Below are positions 55,516 to 64,000 of a DNA stretch of 64,000 bases, one piece after another. Numbering within the stretch: the stretch's first letter is position 1; each line of letters opens with the position of its first letter. The notes under the pieces are model-generated. The model ran no database searches, had not been told where the DNA came from, and saw only the letters and a list, made by a program, of their open reading frames with translations. The position numbers and the translations under genes are program-made. Origin of the DNA: Eledone cirrhosa (Eukaryota); assembly GCA_964016885.1 (NCBI GenBank), contig OZ024756.1, positions 25,296,001 to 25,360,000 on the forward strand, read 5' to 3'.

Positions 55516-55794
55516 TATATTAATTGAGACGATGATTACTGACAGAGTCGTTTAACTCAATGGCTAAAGCAGTCAGTCGGTAAGTGAAAAATATGAGGTT
55601 CGCTTCCTCATACCGACAGCTGTAGCGCTTTTTTTTCCGTTTATAAAGTCTTTACCCGATTTTCGAAACTATTACTTACAACAACCAGCTGTGTTTACGA
55701 CTATTTTCTGCGTCTGAGTTTTTTACATTTTTTATGAATTTTATAATCCTTCAGCGCTTTGAAAGTTCGAACTTAGCAGATAACTACAGTAATA

Positions 55795-56583
55795 ATTGTT
55801 TCTACTATTGGCACAATGCCAGCAATTACCCAGTGCATTACTGGTACTTTATTTTATCGACCCCGTAAGGATGAAAGGCAAAGTTAACCTCGGCGGGATT
55901 TGAACTCAGAATGGCAAGGGCCGTAACTCTATGCGTCAAAGCATGGCGTCCGACCCTATGATTTCTAGTATGGGCACAAGGCCAGTAATTTGGGGGGAGG
56001 GAAAAGTCGAGTAAATCGAACCCAGTACGTTGCTGGTGCTTTATTTTATCGACCCCGTAAGGATGAAAGGCAAAGTTAACCTCGGCGGGATTTGAACTCA
56101 GACCGTAAAGGACCGTAACTCTATGCTGCAAATCATGGTATCCGACTCTCTACTGATACTGCCATAATAATTATTTCTATTTTAGGCACATGGCCAGCAA
56201 TTAACCAGTACATTACTGGTACTTTATTTTATCGACCCCGTAAGGATGAAAGGCAAAGTTAACCTCGGCGGGATTTGAACTCAGACCGTAAAGGACCGTA
56301 ACTCTATGCTGCAAATCATGGTGTCCGACTCTCTACTGATACTGCCATAATAATTATTTCTATTTTAGGCACATGGCCAGCAATTAACCAGTACATTACT
56401 GGTACTTTATTTTATCGACCCCGTAAGGATGAAAGGCAAAGTTAACCTCGGCGGGATTTGAACTCAGACCGTAAAGGACCGTAACTCTATGCTGCAAATC
56501 ATGGTGTCCGACACTCTATGCTGCATCGACCCCGTAAGGATGAAAGGCAAAGTTAACCTCGGCCAGATTTGAACTCCAATGCC
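55795..56583 (-). mobile_element. Tandem array of ~5 SINE copies
   Basis: Repeated family motifs. 56165-56345 is duplicated nearly exactly. Confidence 0.85.
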
Positions 56584-57004
56584 ATAATAATAGTTGATAA
56601 TATAGCTAATAGTTTCTAATTTAGGCACAAGTCCAACATTTTATTCGGGGAGGGGGGGGGGGGCTATAACAACCCAAGCCGAATTATCTGAGGCAGTCCC
56701 TATATACTCAATGATGGACTCAATACGATATTTGACGGAAACACCATGAATGATATATAGAGTGGGTGTATGCCAACTATATGTAACAACAACAACAATG
56801 AATACCAAAAGGAAAATAATTTCGACTTCTACAGGTACAGGACTAGAACTGTTTCATTTGTATGAAACCATCAGAACATTGCCGATGATGTCATACAAAT
56901 GAAACAATTCTAGTTATTTCTATACACAATAAATATGCTTCTCCTCTACTACTTTATTTAACTGTGGTTTCTTTCCAATCCCCTCCGGAAAACCATCTTT
57001 AATT

Positions 57005-57035
<31 letters not shown>

Positions 57036-57065
57036 AGATCAAAAGATGGTTAAAGGAGTTCCATG

Positions 57066-57136
57066 TATTTTATTATGCGCATTTCAAAAACAAACATCAT
57101 CATGCAATAATATTTGTGTTTTCATCAGATAAAACA
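57066..57136 (-). ncRNA. Hammerhead motif, left arm of palindrome 57026-57363
   Basis: Reverse complement of the 57254-57323 motif. Confidence 0.75.
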
Positions 57137-57253
57137 GGAGAACATGATATGGAGGCTAAAAAACACTTGTGGATAGTGCAGTTATAACGTGGATATGTTG
57201 ATTTAAAACTGCACTATCCACAAGTGTTTTTTAGCCTTCATATCATGTTCTCC

Positions 57254-57323
57254 TGTTTTATCTGATGAAACACAAATATTATTGCATGATGATGTTTGTT
57301 TTTGAAATGCGCATAATAAAATA
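57254..57323 (+). ncRNA. Type I hammerhead ribozyme motif, right arm of palindrome
   Basis: TGTTTTAT-CTGATGA-12+ bp stem II (loop GCAT)-GAAA-T(GCGC)A-TA-ATAAAATA. Confidence 0.8.
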
Positions 57324-57446
57324 CATGGAACTCCTTTAACCATCTTTTGATCTTATATATTATGTATACTCCAGTCCTACAAACTGTAGAGTGCTTCTTA
57401 TCCGATATCTGCATTGCTTTATTGTACTACAATAAAACTCACCTCC

Positions 57447-57481
<35 letters not shown>

Positions 57482-58013
57482 TAAATCATGTCTATAGAAT
57501 TATTAGATAAATAAAATATATATCATTTCCTCTGCCAATCAGCATAATTAACCATATAAAAAATCAATTAGACCAAGCTATAAGGATAAAGACTCCTATG
57601 AAGAAATCTCCGACAAACAAACGAGAGTGGCCTCTTCGCGGTGGCCTCAATAGAGTATTTATCCAACATTTCGACAGCATGTAGAAACTGACCAAATATA
57701 CAATCAACCATACACAATTTGGTGTAAATTCAAACTTAGAAGAAATGTGTACATACCGTATCTATATCTATATATATATATATATAAGTAAAAATTAGCG
57801 AGAATCGAATTTCAGCCCATGAAATAACGAGAAAACACTTTCGAATTGTGAAGCAAGCGCTCTATAATTCAAATGAATTGGAGCTTACAACTTACGTTAA
57901 AGGCCAAACACACTGAGATGGAGGTTAAACTAATCATCCACACAACGAAGATTCGATCTCCTATTTCGGGTCAAACAGATATACAGATATAAAAATATAT
58001 GAAAATATAAATG

Positions 58014-58049
<36 letters not shown>

Positions 58050-58451
58050 TAGTATATCTACCAACATATTTATACAGAAGTATACTTATGCTAGCAAGAT
58101 ATAGGTTTTGTCTTAGTAACTTTGTGGTTCAATACAAAAATGTAGACGTAAAATAAGAAAATTATAATAATTAATTAACTTACTTACTTAAGTTTCACTC
58201 CTGGAGTGAAACTTAAGTAAGTAAGCTAATTATTATAATTTTCTTATTTTATATATATATATAGAGAGAGAGAGAGAGAATTAGTATATCTACCAACATA
58301 TTTATACAGATGTATACTTACGCTAGCAAAGATATAGGTTTTGTCTTAGTAACTTTGTGGTTCAATACAAAGAGATGTAGAACAATTATATAAAAGACGT
58401 AAAATAAGAAATTATAGTAATTAACTTACTTAAATTTCACTCCATTTTACG

Positions 58452-58483
<32 letters not shown>

Positions 58484-58899
58484 CTAAGGCGGGTAAAATT
58501 CCCGAGATCCATGGACGAGTTCTCTCCAGCGGTCTATGTCCCTCATTATCGCTGCCATGTCCTGCGTCTCCATATATATATCGTTTCTGAATTTGTTTAG
58601 CAAGATTCTTTATCTGAAAACGAAAGAGAATAGACTGTTAGAACATGTTTATACAATAACCACCTACGTGCGTTTCGCCCGAAAAGGGCTTCTCAAGGAC
58701 GAAACGTACGTAGGTGCTTATTGTATAAACATGTTCTAACAGTCTGTATTCTCTTTCGTAATTTTTTCATTTATATATAGGGAGTGTAACTTAGAGTTAC
58801 TGTAGGTTCACCATGGTGAGCACTCGATGTTTAGGTTCACTTCTGTGTCGAGGTGTAGAGCTATACAGAGTGTATTATATTGAAAAGATAACAAGGACG

Positions 58900-59354
58900 A
58901 TTACATTTATTGGTTGGTGATCAGCTCAAGGTTCGATCTGTAACGATCTTACCCGACTCTGTAATCTGCAGCTCGACGGACCCCTTAAAATGCTAGTAGA
59001 AAATGAATACATGATATATGATAAAATCAGAAGTTCACATGTTGGTCAATAAGGATTGTTTTGATTGGTGGAATAGATCATAGAGATGTTTTCGCCTGTA
59101 GTGCATGTGGGGGTGGATGTGATGATAAGATGGTGGTGACGGTCGCAGACTGAGATGAGCTGTGGTGTTGGGTCGGTGGAATGTCGGTGGACAGATTGGC
59201 GTATATTTGTGGCTGATTATTGGGTGTGGTGTTGTTGTTTATGGTAATGGTGTTTATGGTGGTGTGATGGATGTGTAGGTGGTGTCAAATACAATGAGGA
59301 GATACATACCTAGACACACTTAGTCTGATAAAAACGTTGTTTACATACACATGC

Positions 59355-59420
<66 letters not shown>

Positions 59421-61209
59421 AGAGGGAGGGGGAGAGCCAATGGAGATGGCGTTGTACATATAAATATAGAGACTAACCATGACTCAACATAATAATAACC
59501 ACCTTTGCCTTGTCTCACCTTCCCACCAAATCTAGGCCACACAATAGCACACACTAATAGGACAAAAATACGCAAACACATGGTTGCCCCACAACAAACC
59601 ACTACCACAACCCAGAACGAAACCACATACACAGCACAACAACCCATATGCCAGCTCCACACAGCATGCCACCAACCGACAATGTGCCACCACACCGGTA
59701 ACACCCAATTGCAACTGCAAAAAACCACTAAACGGGGGATGCCTCGTTAAAAACATTATTTACCGGTGTGATGTCACAGCTGACAATAAAGAGTACTCAT
59801 ATATAGGTGCGACCTTCGCTACCTTTAAGGAGCTCTGGTATAACCATAGAAGCTCCTTTAAAGATAGGCTGAAACGATCCCAAACTAGACTGGCCGATTT
59901 GATCTGGGACCTCAAGGACAGGAACATCGAATTCCAGATCATATGGTCAGTCAAAAGACGCGACTCAACTCCCCAGTGACAGAAACCACTGTAGGTTATG
60001 CCTGGCCGAGGCGGCTGAGACAATTAAATTAAAATCTGCCATAAACCATAGGTCGGACATAATTAAACACCTTCTCTGAACAAACATTCGGCCGAGGGCC
60101 GCACACTAACCGTGACCCAACATAGTAATAACCATCTGTCTCACCGTCCCTCATCTCAGTGCATTTGTTTTATAACATGTAACCCTTTGTAAGTCCAAAT
60201 TTTGTATATATCATGCCGCATCCATCACCCCCACCAAAAGACACATCGCCATACACCCCTCATCTTAGTACCATTGTGTTCTATCTGTCCTCTCTGTCAG
60301 GTTTTACCTTGTAAACCATAGTAGCATCCGATCCTGTAAATATAATGTCGATCATATCACCCCAACGCCGCCGCCACCACCACCACCACCACACACATCG
60401 CTATATGTCTACCATCCCACATCCACAACCTTGTTCCTCCCATGTTTTTTAACCTACAATCCTTCGTAAAATTCGATCCTGTAAATATTCTGTCACACAC
60501 ACACAGCCACCGCCACCACCAGATACAACTCCATACTTCAACAACCATTAACATCATCAACATCACCAGCACATATCATCCCTCCCCTCCCGGAACCACT
60601 GTGTTATATCTGCCCTCTCTGTCAGGTTTTACCTTGTAAGCCACCGTAACATCTGATCACGTAAATATATTGTTGAACATATCACCCCATCGCCAACACT
60701 ACCACCACCACCACCACCACCACACACATCGCTATATGTTCACAACCTTGTTTTCCCCGTGTTGCCTATGTCACTTTTTAACCTGTAGTATAATTCGATC
60801 GTGTATATTTTTTGTCGCACACAACACCTCCACCGCCACCACAAGGCACATCTCAACAAACCACAAACAATCATTAACATCATTAACATCACCAACACAT
60901 ATCTTCCCTCCCTAAATAACGCAAGTGTGTGTGTGTGTTTGTCTGTGTGTAAGTATATTTATATGTACAACGCCATCTCCATTGGCTCTCCCCCTCCCTC
61001 TATCTATATATGTACTACGCCATCTCAACTGACACCCCCCTCTCTATATATACACACACACGCATATATATATATATATATAGTAATAATAATAAAATTG
61101 AAGACTAAAATCCAAAGAGGGCTCGATAAGGAAAATATATATCAAATATATAAGAACCGTAGAGCAAATATTTATTCTTTGCTTAAACTTTAATCTGTTA
61201 TTTTAATAA

Positions 61210-61274
<65 letters not shown>

Positions 61275-61780
61275 TAGATAGATAGATATATACGCATGTG
61301 TGTGTATACAACGTTTTTATCCAACTAAGTGTCTAGGTATGTATCTCCTCATTGTACTTGACACCACCTACAGATCCATCATAACCAGCATAAACACCAT
61401 TACCATAAACAACAACACCACACCTACACCACACACAATAATCAGCCACAAATATACGCCAATCTGTCTACCGACAATCCACCACCCCCACAACACAGCC
61501 CACCTCAGTCTGCGACCGTCACCACCATCTTATCATCACATCCACCCCCACATGCACTACAGGCGAAAACATCCCTTTGATCTATTCCACCAGTCAAAAC
61601 AATCCTTATTGACCAACATATGAACTTCTGACTTTATCATATAGCATGTATTCATTTTCTACTAGCATTTTAAGGGGTCCGTCGAGCTGCGGATTACAGA
61701 GTCGGGTAAGATCGATACAGATCGAACCTTGAGCTGATCAGTGGCGAAACGCGCATCATTACATTTATTGGTTGGTGACA
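58900..61780 (+). mobile_element. 5'-truncated Penelope-like element with GIY-YIG fragment and inverted terminal copy
   Basis: 59500-59980 reads ..PNLGHTIAHTN../CNCKKPLNGGCLVKNIIYRCDV..YSYIGAT..FKE..NHRSSF..TRLADLIWDLKD..IIWS. 58915-59470 is the reverse complement of 60955-61740. Confidence 0.75.
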
Positions 61781-62049
61781 ATATATATATATATAACATG
61801 TTAGACTATATATATGTATTTATATCTGCATTTTTGACCGTTGGTCAATCAATGATAAACATTGATGGCCAAATGAATTAACTATGGAGATATAAAAGAG
61901 ACAGAGGCGAAAACCAACCAAACAGTGAGTGTGTTCTGTTATTATTTCTGGCAATATTATTACAACAATATGACCCTCCCCAAGTATAACAATATTTGTT
62001 TCGACACACGATTTCATATCAAACACCTTGCAAAACAAATTCATCGCCG

Positions 62050-62123
<74 letters not shown>

Positions 62124-62290
62124 ATATAGTGTGTGTGTGTGTGTGTATGTTTATGTGCGTGCATGCACATACCATACATAGACATACACACACACACACA
62201 CACACATATACATATATATACATACATACATACATGCATACATAGATACATACATTCATACATACATTCATACATACATACATACATACA

Positions 62291-62322
<32 letters not shown>

Positions 62323-62355
62323 CACACATATATATATGTTTTAAATTATATATAT

Positions 62356-62393
<38 letters not shown>

Positions 62394-62584
62394 GCATTCA
62401 CGAAATTAAACTCATTAGTGAAATATTAATTGATTGAAAGAACAGAACATACTCCTAATAGTAACACATTGAGTCAGTACAGCATATATGTGGTGTATAT
62501 TGTATTGATGGTAACGTTGTGGTTAGGGTGTTCGGCTTATGATTGTAATGTCGTGAGTTCGATTACCGCTGGCGCTTCGTCCTC

Positions 62585-63335
62585 TTCTTCGGCCGAGTTT
62601 ACACTCACAAAGATTCAGCATGCTTTCTCCAATTGTCCCGGTCGAGCATGACATTTCTCAGTTCGTCGATGTTAACAATGTTGGCATCTCTCAGCAGGGT
62701 ATCAATGAATGAGACGGCCTGTCTTCCTACGATTCTTCATCTGACCGCTGGTTTTCAGAGCACAAGTTGTGATGCTATCTCTTCTGGATGACGGATGCAG
62801 TGCCCAGCCAGTTTCACTCGTCTGCAGGCAACTTTTTTTTTTAGACTGGTGGTAGTGAGCTGTCTCTGTCTAAGGCGGGTAAAATTCCCGAGATCCATGG
62901 ACGAGTTCTCTCCAGCGGTCTCTGTCCCTCATTATCGCTGCCATGTCCTGCATCTCCAACAGACCAGTGTCTGTCCTTAGGGCATCAACATACGTTAACC
63001 TTGGTCTTCCTCTTCTAGTGTGTCCATGTAGGGGCTCCCAAAGGAGTACTGAGTGCAATGTCAACTCTGGATGTCGGTGATCATGTCCAGCTAACCTCAG
63101 TCTCCTCTGTGTCACTTTTGAGCTGACTTTTAGGATGCTCCCATACAGCTCTGAGTTTTTCATCCTCAGTGTATACTGATTAATGTTCAGAGCCATCCTC
63201 AGCATTCTCGTGTAGCACCCATCCACCATCTGAGTGAGTTTCTTGGTAGTGAGCTGTATAGTTCCTTATTTGTCCGCTTCTGTTTCCAAGAAATGTTGAG
63301 AGCCATTCTCAGCATACTTGCGTAACATCCGCTTC
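62585..63335 (-). mobile_element. RTE-group LINE 3' fragments (younger copy 62868-63240 nested in an older one)
   Basis: DGCYTRMLRMALNI..QRRLRLAGH.HRHPE..LLWEP..RGRPRLTYVDAL..DTGL..MRDRDRWR. Diverged similar pieces at 62590-62830 and 63290-63335. Confidence 0.75.
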
Positions 63336-63764
63336 GACCTTTCATCAATACACTTTATTTTACATTGTTTCAGGCCACTCAGCAGGCAAAAATGTGTTAT
63401 ACCTGTAAATTCAAGGGTCCAGTCTTGGCACATACACTGTGCCACGCGGAATCTCCCAAACTATGTTAATGGTAGAAGTGTTTGAAAAATGCTCGGCCTC
63501 TTATACCTTAATTTCATTAGCAAGCTGTTCCATTGTTCGAACAGTTGGAACAATCATTATCGGAACTGACGGAGGTCCTTTATATGATATTTAGTTATTC
63601 TTCAAGACGTAACACTTCATTCTATATGACTTTGCTCTTTTAATGGTGCTACGAAAATTTGGCGAAACTTTAGAGCAAAATTTGTTCCACATGTGTTCAC
63701 AGATATTTGTGAATTAATTAAGTAATAATCGGCTTAATTATTTGACCCTTTTGTGACCATCATA

Positions 63765-64000
63765 ATATAATAAAGGGAGGCGTGCGGGACTGCGTCCTGA
63801 AAATATTTTTTTATCCCGTTTGTAAAATAAGTTGGATTACTTTGAATAAATAATTGTTTCTACTTTTAGGCACAAGGCCAGCAACTACCCAGTGCCTCAC
63901 TGGTACTTTATTTTATCGACCCCGTAAGGATGAAAGGCAAAGTCAACCTCGGCGGGATTTGAACTCAGATCGTAAAGGGACGTAACTATGCTAGAAAGCA
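63765..64000. mobile_element. Helitron 5' part with a SINE at the same site as in other copies (runs off window)
   Basis: GCGGGACTGCG..TATCCCGTTTGTAAAATAAGTTGGATTACTTTGAATAAATAAT followed by the SINE tail. Confidence 0.7.

Overview
AT-rich, microsatellite-saturated metazoan genomic DNA. The SINE family and repeat landscape suggest an octopod cephalopod (inference). Two host genes are visible. (1) A complete 9-coding-exon Rh-family ammonia channel gene on the minus strand (CDS 36638->14729, 1404 nt, 467 aa, all introns GT-AG and in phase), probably with an upstream non-coding exon. (2) The last two exons (709-900, 1443-1601, + strand) of a convergent, unrecognised gene encoding a Cys-free, His-rich amphipathic-helical protein after a KR site, largely missed by the ORF track. 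The rest is transposon debris: about 35 copies of one tRNA-derived SINE (strongly minus-biased), non-autonomous Helitrons, hAT and pogo MITEs, and CRE, R4/Dong, RTE and Tx1-like LINE fragments. The most notable hidden layer is a set of short, often palindromic, sequence islands embedded in (TA)n arrays. They carry type I hammerhead ribozyme motifs: about 10 complete and several half or degenerate, from several unrelated sequence families, including U3-A8 core variants. They co-occur with Penelope-like RT (DKT motif) and GIY-YIG fragments. All folds and alignments were read by eye, and repeat boundaries are approximate.
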